Source: Planctomycetota bacterium (GTDB lineage: Bacteria > Planctomycetota > GCA-002687715 > DRQF01). Taken from it: a stretch of 64,000 nucleotides of DNA. A model generated the notes under the pieces. That model was not told the origin of the DNA, did no database searches, and saw only the letters and a program-made list of their open reading frames with translations. The number at the start of each line of letters is the position of its first letter. The first letter of the stretch is position 1. Below are positions 47,478 through 58,003 of this stretch, one piece after another. Location of the stretch: assembly GCA_036479435.1 (NCBI GenBank), contig JAZGFI010000103.1, forward strand, positions 64,001 to 128,000, written 5' to 3'. A program made the position numbers and the translations under genes.

Positions 47478-49175
47478 CTAACTCAATGAAGCGGTGATTG
47501 CGGTACGGGTAACGATGTCACCCAGACGCTGTCGCTTGGGGCCCAGAAGCAAAAAGAACGCCGTGCAGAAGCCCAAGTCGATCGTCAGCAGCGCACGTCG
47601 GCCCAAGGCACGCCAAAAGCTGAGTTCGGAGCGACCATCTTCCATACTGACTTGGATGCGGAGGACTTTTTTTCCGGGCGTGACTCGATACTTCCACTCA
47701 CACCATGCTCCCACGATCATCAATATCAAATGGGTGACGACGAGATACCCGTAGACACCATCTTCGATTTGGTTGAGCCGCAAAGCGGCGTCCGCGGCGG
47801 GGTCTGCCAAAAAAAGCTCATGGAGCGTCGCCCGGCCACTCGCAAAAGGCAAGAACAGCACTATCGCCACCGCCAAGGCGAGACCCATGTCAATACCCAA
47901 AGCGAGAACGCGGCGCCAAATGGTAGCGGGCAGCACCGCCACGACGCCAGCGGGCAAGCCGGGGCCCTGCAGGCTTTCCACGAACCCTGCGAGCAAGGCC
48001 ACGATGGCCGGACCATGAATGAGGAGTAGCAACAAGGCGCCAATAGCGAAGGACTGCTTCAATGAATCGAAGCGATCGAGCCTGACTAGCTCGGAGTCGG
48101 AGCTAGTGTCGACTTCGATGAGAATAGACTCGTCGGCATTGAGCGCCAGGTATCGTCCTGCGCCGAGGTGTTGCAGCTCGACAGTTGGCAGAGGGTCATG
48201 GGCGCGAATCACTGAATCCCGCCGCATCAAGGCTTGGCCCTGTTCGCCGTCAAAGATCTGGAGAACCAACTCATCCTTCGGCGCGGTGAAGCAACCGACT
48301 GAGATTCGACCGGAGTCTGAGTTTTCGCCACGGTAAAGCGCCAAGACGGAGTGAGAACCCGACAGACTGTGGTCAGGGAAGAGAGGCCTCACCAAGGCTC
48401 CCTCTAACGCGATTCCGCGCAGTGTTCGTTCTGACTTAGTACTCGAAGCGTCAGAATCGGATTTCTCGACCCAGAGGACTTCGGTTACGGGCGCTGTCTT
48501 CGACAAATAGAAGGCCTCGATCGAGGCCGTGGCCAGCAGCTTTGAGATTATGCGCGGACTCCAACCGCCCAAAGACGGCTCCACGAGCACCAAGTTTTCG
48601 TCCTGCAGCGCTAACACGCGCAATCCCCTCGCGCCGAAAGTCGCGGCGAGTGGCACAACTTCTAGTCTTCCAAATGACTTGTCGCTTCGAGTCGCAGCGG
48701 ATTCAGGCTGGCTAAGATCGAATTCCTCGACTTGGGTCTTGTCGACGATGGCGAGCTTGCCGTCGCCAAACGCGGTGACGTCGGCAAAACGTGGCCCTTT
48801 TCGAATTTCAGTTTTTAGGTGCCTGATGTCCGCGAGAGACCAGGTTCCCGTCAAACCCGCAGCATCGGCGCCTTCGAACCCGCTCAATTCGCTGGCACGG
48901 GTCTTCAAGACCAAAAGGCGATCACCGTCGTAGCCGACGTGAACGTCCTTGGACACCTCGGATTTCTTCGCCATCTCCAGGCCCAGGGAGATAAGGATGA
49001 AAAGTGCCACCAACCCGAGAACAATGGGATGGCGCAGAGGATGCAGGCGAAAAGGCCAAAGTGGTCCGGACTTTGGCGTCTGAAGTTCCCCGCCTTCGTC
49101 GTGAGAAGAGGAGTCCTCGGGCGGCTTGCCGTCACCGTTAAGCTCAGAATCGCTTGAAGAGAGCAAGGAGGTCAC
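47478..49175 (-). CDS. RDD-family membrane protein with large periplasmic domain
   Basis: 'ATIWRRVLALGID', 'TPGKKVLRIQV', 'RQRLGDIV..T'. Confidence 0.85.
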   Translation of the reverse strand: MTSLLSSSDSELNGDGKPPEDSSSHDEGGELQTPKSGPLWPFRLHPLRHPIVLGLVALFILISLGLEMAKKSEVSKDVHVGYDGDRLLVLKTRASELSGFEGADAAGLTGTWSLADIRHLKTEIRKGPRFADVTAFGDGKLAIVDKTQVEEFDLSQPESAATRSDKSFGRLEVVPLAATFGARGLRVLALQDENLVLVEPSLGGWSPRIISKLLATASIEAFYLSKTAPVTEVLWVEKSDSDASSTKSERTLRGIALEGALVRPLFPDHSLSGSHSVLALYRGENSDSGRISVGCFTAPKDELVLQIFDGEQGQALMRRDSVIRAHDPLPTVELQHLGAGRYLALNADESILIEVDTSSDSELVRLDRFDSLKQSFAIGALLLLLIHGPAIVALLAGFVESLQGPGLPAGVVAVLPATIWRRVLALGIDMGLALAVAIVLFLPFASGRATLHELFLADPAADAALRLNQIEDGVYGYLVVTHLILMIVGAWCEWKYRVTPGKKVLRIQVSMEDGRSELSFWRALGRRALLTIDLGFCTAFFLLLGPKRQRLGDIVTRTAITASLS

Positions 49176-50890
49176 TGACCCGCAACGCGCCAGTTTAGGA
49201 CTTCGGTGCTCGAACCCATGGCAAAGGCTAGTTCAGCCAAAGCAACCCGATGATCAACCAGCGCTCGTATGAGTTCGCTTTGACGAAGCGCCAAGTCCTC
49301 TTGAACCTGTGTCACCTGAAAGTTGGTCGAGACTTTGTTCTCGAGTTTGATCTGCTCATTGTTGAGTTCTTCTTGCTTAAGTTGCGCCGCACGTTTGCGA
49401 GAGACAATGGTCTTTTCGGCCAGCTTGACCTTGCGATAGGAAATGCGGACCTCTTCGACGCGATTCACTTTGAGGTCACGGTAGTTGAGAATCGCCCGGT
49501 CTCGCTCAAGGCGGCGCTGCACCAAACGAGCGCGCGCGGCCTTGTTGCCGAGGGGTACTTCAAAGACCAAGCCGACGTTCCAGGTCTCGGCGCCGCGCGG
49601 GCCAAAGGACGACTTGAAAGTCTCTCCGCCGATTTCCCCCAATCCTACCCAAGAAGCACTTCCCGTTAGATCTAACTTCGGCAACGTTGAGGTGTCGGCA
49701 ACCGCGACGGCGACCGCTCGGCTTCTAAGGCCGAGCCGCGCGTCGCTGAGGTCCGGTCGCTCCTTGAGCGCGATCTTGATGCACTGATCGAGATCGGGAA
49801 TGGGGATCGACGTCTCTTCGGCGCGGTTCTTAGCGCTTATTTCGATATCCCAGTCGCCTTCAGACTCGAAGTCGAGGATGACGCGTCTTAGACCGTCCGC
49901 CCGGTCCATGATGGTGTTCTCGCCCACCAAGACATCCGTAACGCGGTTGGCGACTTCGGACTCCGCCGACGCGATTTCAATCGGCGCAAAAACCCCGGTT
50001 TCTACTTTCACTCGATTGATCGCTAACAAGGTGTTGGCGCGATCGTAGGATTGCTTTTTTACCTCGAGATCTTGAACCGAAAAAACGTACTCCCAGTAGG
50101 CACGGTGTACGTCGAGGATCTTCTGAAGAACTTCTAGTCGGTATTGCTGCCTGGATTGGGCGGCGCTGTACTTGGCTTGGGTGATGGCTGCGAGATTGAA
50201 CTGTTCCCAGGCGTCTCGCAGAATCGGCTGAGTCAAGGTCAGCGATGTATTGGTGTTCCAACTCGGGTTGACCAGCCCGCCGGCTTCGCGGTCGCGATAG
50301 TCGGCATTCATGTTGAGCTGGTAAGTCGCGCCGGTGGTAAACTTGCCGCGAATGCCAACATTGAAATTCGCCAGGTCACTACTGTCGTTGACGATGGTCT
50401 GGAAGAACTCGGGTGAGCCGTCCGGGAGGATGATGCCCGTCGGAAAAATCTGAGGAAAGACGACTTCGGATGTCCCAGCATTAGTGCCCGCAAACAAGGT
50501 GGGATCGAATTCGCCCTTGGCTTCCTCGATGCGTCCCTGCTCGATGAGGTGATCGTAGTAGCGGGCGCGCAAGGCAGTGTTGTTGCTTGTCGCCAACTTG
50601 ACGGCCTCACTGAGGCTCAAGACGAGTCGGCGCGGCGACTTTGGGGTCGTGATTTTGCCGGGCCGCGATGGCAGCGCCCTTGATGTCGCAGTTTTGGGCA
50701 AGGCCTGGGATTTGACCGCGGGGTTAGTCTCCGATTGCGCAAGACCTCTGGTCGCCAGCGCGACCAAAAAGACAGCCAATGCCAGCATCAAGCTGGTTGG
50801 TCGATATTGAGCTCGTCTCAAGGGTCCCCTCCCTATTTCACCGCTGCGTCCAGACCCTTGGCGTTCATGGACTTCGTTTGAAAATAGCAT
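49172..50890 (-). CDS. TolC-family outer-membrane efflux protein
   Basis: 'LSLSEAVKLA..NN', 'GEFDP', 'LTQPILR', 'RAYW', 'RPDL', 'EVPLGN'; start may be further downstream. Confidence 0.88.
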   Translation of the reverse strand: MLFSNEVHERQGSGRSGEIGRGPLRRAQYRPTSLMLALAVFLVALATRGLAQSETNPAVKSQALPKTATSRALPSRPGKITTPKSPRRLVLSLSEAVKLATSNNTALRARYYDHLIEQGRIEEAKGEFDPTLFAGTNAGTSEVVFPQIFPTGIILPDGSPEFFQTIVNDSSDLANFNVGIRGKFTTGATYQLNMNADYRDREAGGLVNPSWNTNTSLTLTQPILRDAWEQFNLAAITQAKYSAAQSRQQYRLEVLQKILDVHRAYWEYVFSVQDLEVKKQSYDRANTLLAINRVKVETGVFAPIEIASAESEVANRVTDVLVGENTIMDRADGLRRVILDFESEGDWDIEISAKNRAEETSIPIPDLDQCIKIALKERPDLSDARLGLRSRAVAVAVADTSTLPKLDLTGSASWVGLGEIGGETFKSSFGPRGAETWNVGLVFEVPLGNKAARARLVQRRLERDRAILNYRDLKVNRVEEVRISYRKVKLAEKTIVSRKRAAQLKQEELNNEQIKLENKVSTNFQVTQVQEDLALRQSELIRALVDHRVALAELAFAMGSSTEVLNWRVAGQ

Positions 50891-50918
50891 GGGCCATGAG
50901 CGTCATCAATCGAAGTGA

Positions 50919-52145
50919 CTAAGGCGCGTAAAGCTTTAATCTCGCCGCGCGCGCCCTTAAGAGCTCATCGCGGAAATCCGCACTGAGTAGATAATCCAGG
51001 GATTTCAGATCCTTGGGATTCAAATCCGGTTTCTTTGTTAGTTCGCTTCGATAGGAACGCAAAAATGCGACGGCATCTTTGCCCCCAATGGAAGCCACCA
51101 ACCTCAGGGCGTCCGGACCCAAATCGGGATGGGAGACTAAGGATTCTGCGAAAGTCAAAGATCTTGGCGAGGCGATCTTCGCCAGTGCCGTCAGCGCTTC
51201 CTTGCGTACGCCGAGGTCCGAGCCTTGTAAGGCAATGCTCTCGAGATCGATCGCAGCAAAACTCGATTCGAGGTCTCCCAACAAAAAGACGGCATGCCGT
51301 CTCAAAGCAAGCGAGTCATCGCTGAGGCTTCTGTGAAACAAGGGAGCGGCTCGCCGGCCGAATCTTTTCGCGACACGATTGAGAAAGTCCTTGCGCTGCT
51401 TTTCGCCTCCGCCGCGCTGAAAGCTGGCGAAGTCGCGCAAAAAAGCTGCTTTGGCTTGAGGCGACGGAAAAGTCAGACGATCCTGTGTCCAGCCTACGGC
51501 GTTGGTCGATTCGATCTTCGTCAACGATTGCCGGTGCATCCCCTGCTCTATGGCGGGTAAGTCGCGGACGCGCAGTTTTTGCAGTGGCAACAAATCGCCA
51601 CCGTCAAATAGCGAAGCGCGAGCGAAAACCAGAGCATCGAGTTCCCGAACCACGACGCGTCTTACCCAGGGGCTAGCGCTCTTGATGTTCTTCAAGATCA
51701 GGCTCTTTACCGATTGCAGGCGCCTTAATTCCAAAGGCTCCTGAATCGCCGCCAGGAGGCCGCGGACGAATACGAGGCGAGAACTGCCGCCGAACTCGGG
51801 AAGGTCGACAAAGTCGACGAGCCGATCGATACGTCCTTTGGGAGAGGGTCTTAGAAAAAAGAGCTTGCTGAGTTTTGGACGCACCCCTAGGTTTTTCGTT
51901 CCCGCCAATAGTAATCGCGTCGCGCGACGTTCGCCTTTTAGGGTCTCGATCACCGTGATGCGGTCGACTCGTTCGCCGTTCGGAAGGCGCGAACTCATGC
52001 TAAGGCGCCCCCTCACGATCAGCGGAGCTTCGCCGAGCAACACACGGTCTAACCAGGGGCGATAGGATTTGGCACGCGACTCTTGCGCCAGCAAAGTTGT
52101 GGCAAGCAGGCTCAAGGTAAAGGCGACGACACAGATTCGAGGCAT
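50919..52145 (-). CDS. Secreted HEAT-repeat protein
   Basis: Signal peptide from ATG 52145; 'LRRHAVFLLG', 'VRKEALTALAKI'. Confidence 0.7.
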   Translation of the reverse strand: MPRICVVAFTLSLLATTLLAQESRAKSYRPWLDRVLLGEAPLIVRGRLSMSSRLPNGERVDRITVIETLKGERRATRLLLAGTKNLGVRPKLSKLFFLRPSPKGRIDRLVDFVDLPEFGGSSRLVFVRGLLAAIQEPLELRRLQSVKSLILKNIKSASPWVRRVVVRELDALVFARASLFDGGDLLPLQKLRVRDLPAIEQGMHRQSLTKIESTNAVGWTQDRLTFPSPQAKAAFLRDFASFQRGGGEKQRKDFLNRVAKRFGRRAAPLFHRSLSDDSLALRRHAVFLLGDLESSFAAIDLESIALQGSDLGVRKEALTALAKIASPRSLTFAESLVSHPDLGPDALRLVASIGGKDAVAFLRSYRSELTKKPDLNPKDLKSLDYLLSADFRDELLRARAARLKLYAP

Positions 52146-52295
52146 TGAGGGGACCCAAACAAAAAATCGAGAATCGCATGTAGCGACTCTCGATTCTATC
52201 TGGTTCTCAAAGGAAACGAGCCTTAGTTTTGGCAAGGGTTCCTTGGGGCGCTCAGTCTTAGGCCCGAATCTGGCGCTAAGAAGCGCCAGAGGCTC

Positions 52296-52589
52296 TTAAC
52301 TGGCGCGGGAGGCCTTATCCATCGCCATGCGCATGAGGATCTTCTCGTTGTGGATGCTGATGAATCGTTTGCACTCACCCAGGGTCCCCGTGAAGATGTC
52401 GTCATCCTGATTGACGACTTCGTAGTAGCGAACTCCCTTGATCGAAGTGTTGTAGCGAATGACCATGGTTGGCGTCCTCTTGTAGTGTTCGGCCAGTTGA
52501 CCGACTTGCTCTGTGACACCTCCATCGGAGCAAGCGCCATGCCTTCTTCGCTGATTCTTTCGCTCCTTCGTGGTTTTTTTGGACGCCAC
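52296..52589 (-). CDS. Small basic hypothetical protein (97 aa)
   Basis: Fills the intergenic gap with genome-typical codon usage; GTG start. Confidence 0.65.
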   Translation of the reverse strand: MASKKTTKERKNQRRRHGACSDGGVTEQVGQLAEHYKRTPTMVIRYNTSIKGVRYYEVVNQDDDIFTGTLGECKRFISIHNEKILMRMAMDKASRAS

Positions 52590-52764
52590 ACTCTTAACCC
52601 TTTCGGGTCAGGCACTTAGATCCACAAACTTTGGTCGTTCTTTTCGCCAGTCCCTGCGGCCAACAGGTCTCTTCGGGACACCATTGACGTTTTCGTGCAG
52701 ATCCCGGCAAAAATACTCACCGATTGGTCGAATCTATTGGGCCCTTATTCGAGGCATGTTGGCC

Positions 52765-53304
52765 TCATCGCGGCTTGCGAGGGGACGTCTTGACCTTGGG
52801 GATGGGGTCCGAAGGAGGGCCGAAGTCGGCCCTATAAAGCAATTCCGCCGGGACTGGCGTCACCACGGCTTCTTCGACTTGCTTGTCCTCTGCCGCGCGC
52901 GCCCCGCTTTCGAGGCCCACATGCACGATGCCGGCGAAAAAAACACCAACGCCGAGAGCGAGGGCTCCCTGGCTGGCCCAGCGAAAACTTTTCGACGTCG
53001 CCGTCAACTCTCGCCAACTCACAGACCATGCCTGCAGGCGCCGTTTCAGGCTGGATCGTAGTGACTGCCGACGATGCTCTTTGGCAACGTCTTCGCGCAC
53101 CAAGTCGACAAGCGTTCGCTGCAAGGCCGCGGCCGCAGCGGCGGACGGCTCTTGGAGCGCCAGAACTTCGTGCTCATAGCGCGACACTTCGGGTTCAATG
53201 GTCTGCCAATGATCGGTCAACTCGGTCGATTCCTGTCGATGTAACAGGAAATCGAAGTCGTCGTCCGATGGCCTCAAGTGGGATTTAGGTTCAGATTCGT
53301 TCAT
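52765..53304 (-). CDS. Putative anti-sigma factor (single TM)
   Basis: Immediately downstream of the ECF sigma; cytoplasmic N-terminus, one TM, short C-terminus. Confidence 0.55.
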   Translation of the reverse strand: MNESEPKSHLRPSDDDFDFLLHRQESTELTDHWQTIEPEVSRYEHEVLALQEPSAAAAAALQRTLVDLVREDVAKEHRRQSLRSSLKRRLQAWSVSWRELTATSKSFRWASQGALALGVGVFFAGIVHVGLESGARAAEDKQVEEAVVTPVPAELLYRADFGPPSDPIPKVKTSPRKPR

Positions 53305-53340
53305 GGGAATAGGTGCTTTCTGCGCCGCTCTCGCGGCTTA

Positions 53341-53934
53341 TCAGAAATCCTCCAGGTCTTTTTCCAACAGTTCTCGTAAGCGTCGAACTGCGTTGAACAT
53401 TCTCGATTTCACCGTGCCCACGGGAATCTCCAAGATCTCGCCGATTTCAGCGTATTTCAGCCCCTGAAATTCGGCTAGCACGAAGACATCGCGATGCGTC
53501 TTCGACAGCCGTTCCAAGGCAGCCTCGATGAGATCCTTGATTTCCCGTTTGGCCAGTGCTTCCAATGGCGTCTCCTCATCGCCGGGTAAGAGTTGGGCCA
53601 AAGAAGTCGATGCTTCTCCGCCTCGCCCCACTACCGCGCGATCCAAGGCAACTTCCGCCGGATGTGACTTTTTTGACCGGTAGGAATCGATCCACAAGTT
53701 TCTCGCGACCCGAAAGAGAAAGGTCTTAAAAGCCGCGCGGGGCTCGTAGGCAGCGCGCGACCGAAAGATCTTCCTCCAAGCCTCCTGGCTAAGGTCCTCC
53801 GCCTTTTGCCGGTCACCCGTAAAACTGAAGAAGTACTGGGTCAAGGCCAGCTGGTGACGGTCTACCAGCGCCGAGAACGCGTTGTAGTCGCCCCGCTTGA
53901 ATGCGAGCATCAACTGCACGTCGTCCTCAGGCAT
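53341..53934 (-). CDS. ECF RNA polymerase sigma factor
   Basis: 'AEDLSQE', 'F.TFLFRVARN..ID', 'GLKYAEIGEILEIPVGTVKSR'; GGAG RBS before ATG 53934. Confidence 0.95.
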   Translation of the reverse strand: MPEDDVQLMLAFKRGDYNAFSALVDRHQLALTQYFFSFTGDRQKAEDLSQEAWRKIFRSRAAYEPRAAFKTFLFRVARNLWIDSYRSKKSHPAEVALDRAVVGRGGEASTSLAQLLPGDEETPLEALAKREIKDLIEAALERLSKTHRDVFVLAEFQGLKYAEIGEILEIPVGTVKSRMFNAVRRLRELLEKDLEDF

Positions 53935-53956
53935 GTGGTCTCCAACGGTCAATTCA

Positions 53957-56900
53957 TCAACGCGTTCGCTGCTCTCGGGTTTTTTTCTTCAAGACGACCC
54001 GAATTTCTTGGCGCCCTAAGCCCTCGGTTTTGCCTTCGTAGACTACCGGTTCCCAGCCCAATGCTTCGACCACAATCTTATAATCCCCAATTGGAAAGGG
54101 GTTTAGCTCAATAAATCCACGACTATCACTGCGGTTGGGGAGTTCGTCGGCCCCGGAGGCCCCGATTTCGAACAAACGCAGCCCACCGGCTTGGGAGCTG
54201 ATGGAGACCAAGGCCCGCGCCACGGGTCGTTTTCCACTGTTGACGACTTCAAGACGCAGGGCGACGCCGGGGGTCAACTGGGCATCAATCTGCCCTTCCC
54301 CGCCTGGATTCAACTCGACTTCTCCCACGAACTGCGGCGGATGATCGGCCGACTGGGCAAAGACCGTGTGAACTCCGGAGGCCAAGCCATCGATTTGTAA
54401 TCGACCTTCGGCGCTGCTGCGAAGCCGCTGTGATTCGAGCGCTTCGGCGTTCTCAGCGTCGTATAAAAAGAGCTGAGCGTTCTGCACGGGCCTGCCGTCG
54501 GGGTGATAAAGGTAAACCGAAAGACTCGCGCCTAGGTCCAACTTGATTTCGAGATCGCGTCGTCGACGTGTTTCGTCGACCGTGACGTCTTTGAGAATCG
54601 TCTCCCCAAAATCCCAACTGGACACTTTAATGTCGTAGACGCCATGCGGGACCGCGGTCAGCACTAAGCGTCCCCGTCGGTCCGTGTATCCGTCGACCAC
54701 GAGTGCCGCGTCTCGTTGATAGGCGCTAGCTGCGGCGACGCCACGAAAATCAGCTCGGTACAAGCGCACCAACGCGCCAGCAACCGCCTGCTGGTTCGTC
54801 GGATGTTTGATCGCAATCGGGAGTTCGTTGGTGACCACTTGGAAGGCCTGTTGGTGCCGCCGACGTCTCACCGCGAAAGTGAAGGGCTCGTGGTAAGTAT
54901 ATTCGTGCCCTCCCGAGTCCAGGTAGCGCAAACGCATGGTCCAGCCGCCACCGTCGAGTTTGTCGACGTGTAGCCGGCCAAATTCATCGCTGAATCCTGA
55001 GACTTCGTCGGAGCCGAGGCGGTAACCACCCGCGGTCAAGGGGATCAACTTGAAGGGCCAATTCGGCATCTTATCGCCGCCGACCCTTAGACTCCCGGTG
55101 AGTCGGCGATCGCTGCGACGCCTAACTTTTGCGGCAGAGTTTTCAGTCGCGGATCTGATCCCGAAGAACTGGCTTCGGTAGCTAAGCAAAGGCTGATCGG
55201 TGAATCGCAGTGAATCAAAAAAGCTAACTTTGTAGGTTCCAGGACGCCAAAGCGCGCCGCGGATTTGATCATCCAATCTGAAAGACGCCTGCTGCGGGTG
55301 GCGAAGGTCCAGCCGCCGCTGCATCTTGCCGTGCAAGAGCGTCGAAGGCCTCAATTGGTCTTGGAACTTCAACCGCCCGTAGTCGACAAAGTCGTTACCT
55401 CGCCCGTAGGTCGCGAACCCGAGGCTGAGCTGTTGGCCTCGAAACTGAATGTGCCCCGGCCCGGCGGGCAGATTCAGGAATTCGAGACCTCCGCGTCGAT
55501 CCAAAGTCGTGAGCAGGGGCTTAAGTCTCCAGGGCAACAGTGACTTTTCAGTTCGCGGAAACATCTGAATTCTGAAGCCACCCGAAGCCAAGAGATGAGA
55601 TTCTCGAAGCTGCGTGTAAGCCGCCGCGCGATAGAAGGAATCTACCTCGAGTGGCAAGTTCAAAACTCTTGACTCCCCCGCGTTGATGCCCACCCGAAAC
55701 GGCGGCGAAGTCGCGGCGCCAAAGCCTGGAACTGCAACGTGGACGACGTAGGTTCCGCGCGGCCAAGCCCACTCGTAGCGCCCGTTTTTTTCGAAGGCCT
55801 CAATACGCTGAGGCAGAGCACCCGCCGGCCCCGAAATCGGAAAGCGAGTCAGCACCACCGGTCTATCGCCAGGAGCGCGACCGCCGATTCGTAAAAGAGC
55901 CCGCACGTTTCCGTAGGGAACAACGCTGTCTTCAGAATTTGCGGTGATGACCGCATTGGAGATCTTGATCGATCGACTGCCCTCTCGGCCAAACGCTCCC
56001 GGATAGGCGCGGATATTGCGGGTCGCCTCGGGTGGCTCCTCAAATAGCCATAGGGGTTCCAATCTGTACTCGCTCGGCGAAAGGCCCGAAATTTTCAGGG
56101 GATCGGAATTCTCCGCCCGGACCAACCATCGTTCTTCAAGCCCGGGAGATTTTGGAAGCAAGCGATAAGGACGCGTCGGCACTAGATCGAAAACGGTCTC
56201 TAAAGGTTCCGGCAGGCGCCAATCCAATCCGATGCGGTTATCTCCCGCGGCGAGGTTGATCGGTTTTGTAACGTAGGTCGCGAGATCGGGGCGACGAAAC
56301 ACCATTCGGTAAGAACCAGGAGGTACTCCCGAAAAGCTGAACCCGCCTTCCGGGTCAGTCATCGTATGGCCAACGAAAAACCGTCCCCAACGCGCCTTGA
56401 GGTCTGGGCCCAACAAGATGTCAGCGTCCAGCGAGTCGGTCGCAATGTACACATCGCAACCGCCGACAGGGCTGCGGTCACTCAACTTGACGCGCCCGTA
56501 GCCGCTCGCCATCTCTGAAGTAATAAGGTCAACGATATTTTGGTTGCCACTGAGCTCCCGGCTTCGCGGCCGCACGCCTCGCTCGCCATCCAGAGCCATG
56601 CCAAAAATCTGAGTGATTCCGGGGTGCACGATGGACGCGTCAAACTCACCCTTGCCGTCCGTGCGGGCGTATACCTGGAATCCAGCGAGATCGACTTCAT
56701 CCTTCGAGCCAAACCCCACTACGAGCGCGCCGGGGAGGGCCTCAAGCCGTCGGCTCCTGACGCGGCCCTTGACCCGCGCACTGGGCGCCATAAACAGGTC
56801 GATGTCCGCGATCGACTCTTTGGCCCGCACGACGACGGGGATCGCTTCGACCGGAAGAAAACCGGTTCGAGTCACGGTCAGCCGATAGTCGCCCGGCAAA

Positions 56901-58003
56901 AGGCCGCCCAAACGAAAGTCGCCCTTAGCGTTTGTGGTGGTTTTGAGATTCCCGATCCGCACTTCTGCTTTCGCGACGCCATCGCGAGTCCCGGCGATGC
57001 GGATGCGACCTTTGAGAGCAGAGCTTGTCACCAGCTCCCGAGTCTTCAATTGAAAGCCCGGAGCCGTACTGAACTTGAGCCCCTCTCGGCCGCGATCGTC
57101 TTCAATTCGAAGTATCGCAACCCCGTCGCTGAGGTTTTTGGCAATGGTCTCAAAGCGTAGCGGCCCGATTTTCTTGGCACCAATGCGCCACAAAAACTCG
57201 TACTCAGCGCCCCCATCTGGATCAAAAACTCCAGAGCCAAAACGATATTGCACGGTGAGGTGACGGCTTTGTTTTGCCCTTACGGTTTGTCGAATCGAGA
57301 GACCCTCGCCGACCGCAATGGGACCAAGTTCAATGTTTTCTGGACCCATCCTCCAGGCGATGAGTCGCGGGGCGATGGACCTGAAACCATCGCTAATCAA
57401 AAACAACACCGGCCCCGCCGGCACGTTGTTGAGACGAGCTTCCAACGAAGAGTTGAATGAGGCCACCGCCAAGGGTTTCGCGTCCAAATCAACGAGCTTT
57501 GAATCAGGCCATGGAAGGCGCAACTGCACCCGCGCTTTTGAAAGATCGAGACCACTGTCCTTCGCTAAGCGAAAGAGAACCGATGCACCACGGTCGAGGA
57601 TGTAGTCGGGCAACAACAGACCTTCGCCGGAGGGAGTTCGTTTCAAAGCAATGCAACGCGCCGCATGGCCACGCGCAAGGATCTGTAGTTGGGGATACTC
57701 GACGGTGAGAGGCAGGCCAAATTCATAGCGGCCCTCTTCATCGCTGCGCCCTTGGGCAATGGTGATTTCGCGACCGTCGCGCCGGACCACGACGCGTAGT
57801 TCAGCCCCGGCGATGGGACCCAAGCCGTATGCCGTCAGAATTCGGCCGGCAATAAGCCCAGGCCCTTGGCTCAACAAGACCGGGGAGGCGAGCAACAAGA
57901 TCAGCCCGGCGAAGCAACCCGGCGATAGCCATAAGAGCCGTTGCCACCCCCGGCGGTCTTTGCCGCTCGTCAAGGCACGCGGCTGCGGAATTTCAGCCCC
58001 CAT
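53957..58003 (-). CDS. Large exported protein with multiple carboxypeptidase-regulatory-like (transthyretin-like) domains
   Basis: Repeated 'TD..G.F....L.PG.Y.L' units; N-terminal hydrophobic segment; GGAGGA RBS. Confidence 0.85.
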   Translation of the reverse strand: MGAEIPQPRALTSGKDRRGWQRLLWLSPGCFAGLILLLASPVLLSQGPGLIAGRILTAYGLGPIAGAELRVVVRRDGREITIAQGRSDEEGRYEFGLPLTVEYPQLQILARGHAARCIALKRTPSGEGLLLPDYILDRGASVLFRLAKDSGLDLSKARVQLRLPWPDSKLVDLDAKPLAVASFNSSLEARLNNVPAGPVLFLISDGFRSIAPRLIAWRMGPENIELGPIAVGEGLSIRQTVRAKQSRHLTVQYRFGSGVFDPDGGAEYEFLWRIGAKKIGPLRFETIAKNLSDGVAILRIEDDRGREGLKFSTAPGFQLKTRELVTSSALKGRIRIAGTRDGVAKAEVRIGNLKTTTNAKGDFRLGGLLPGDYRLTVTRTGFLPVEAIPVVVRAKESIADIDLFMAPSARVKGRVRSRRLEALPGALVVGFGSKDEVDLAGFQVYARTDGKGEFDASIVHPGITQIFGMALDGERGVRPRSRELSGNQNIVDLITSEMASGYGRVKLSDRSPVGGCDVYIATDSLDADILLGPDLKARWGRFFVGHTMTDPEGGFSFSGVPPGSYRMVFRRPDLATYVTKPINLAAGDNRIGLDWRLPEPLETVFDLVPTRPYRLLPKSPGLEERWLVRAENSDPLKISGLSPSEYRLEPLWLFEEPPEATRNIRAYPGAFGREGSRSIKISNAVITANSEDSVVPYGNVRALLRIGGRAPGDRPVVLTRFPISGPAGALPQRIEAFEKNGRYEWAWPRGTYVVHVAVPGFGAATSPPFRVGINAGESRVLNLPLEVDSFYRAAAYTQLRESHLLASGGFRIQMFPRTEKSLLPWRLKPLLTTLDRRGGLEFLNLPAGPGHIQFRGQQLSLGFATYGRGNDFVDYGRLKFQDQLRPSTLLHGKMQRRLDLRHPQQASFRLDDQIRGALWRPGTYKVSFFDSLRFTDQPLLSYRSQFFGIRSATENSAAKVRRRSDRRLTGSLRVGGDKMPNWPFKLIPLTAGGYRLGSDEVSGFSDEFGRLHVDKLDGGGWTMRLRYLDSGGHEYTYHEPFTFAVRRRRHQQAFQVVTNELPIAIKHPTNQQAVAGALVRLYRADFRGVAAASAYQRDAALVVDGYTDRRGRLVLTAVPHGVYDIKVSSWDFGETILKDVTVDETRRRRDLEIKLDLGASLSVYLYHPDGRPVQNAQLFLYDAENAEALESQRLRSSAEGRLQIDGLASGVHTVFAQSADHPPQFVGEVELNPGGEGQIDAQLTPGVALRLEVVNSGKRPVARALVSISSQAGGLRLFEIGASGADELPNRSDSRGFIELNPFPIGDYKIVVEALGWEPVVYEGKTEGLGRQEIRVVLKKKTREQRTR

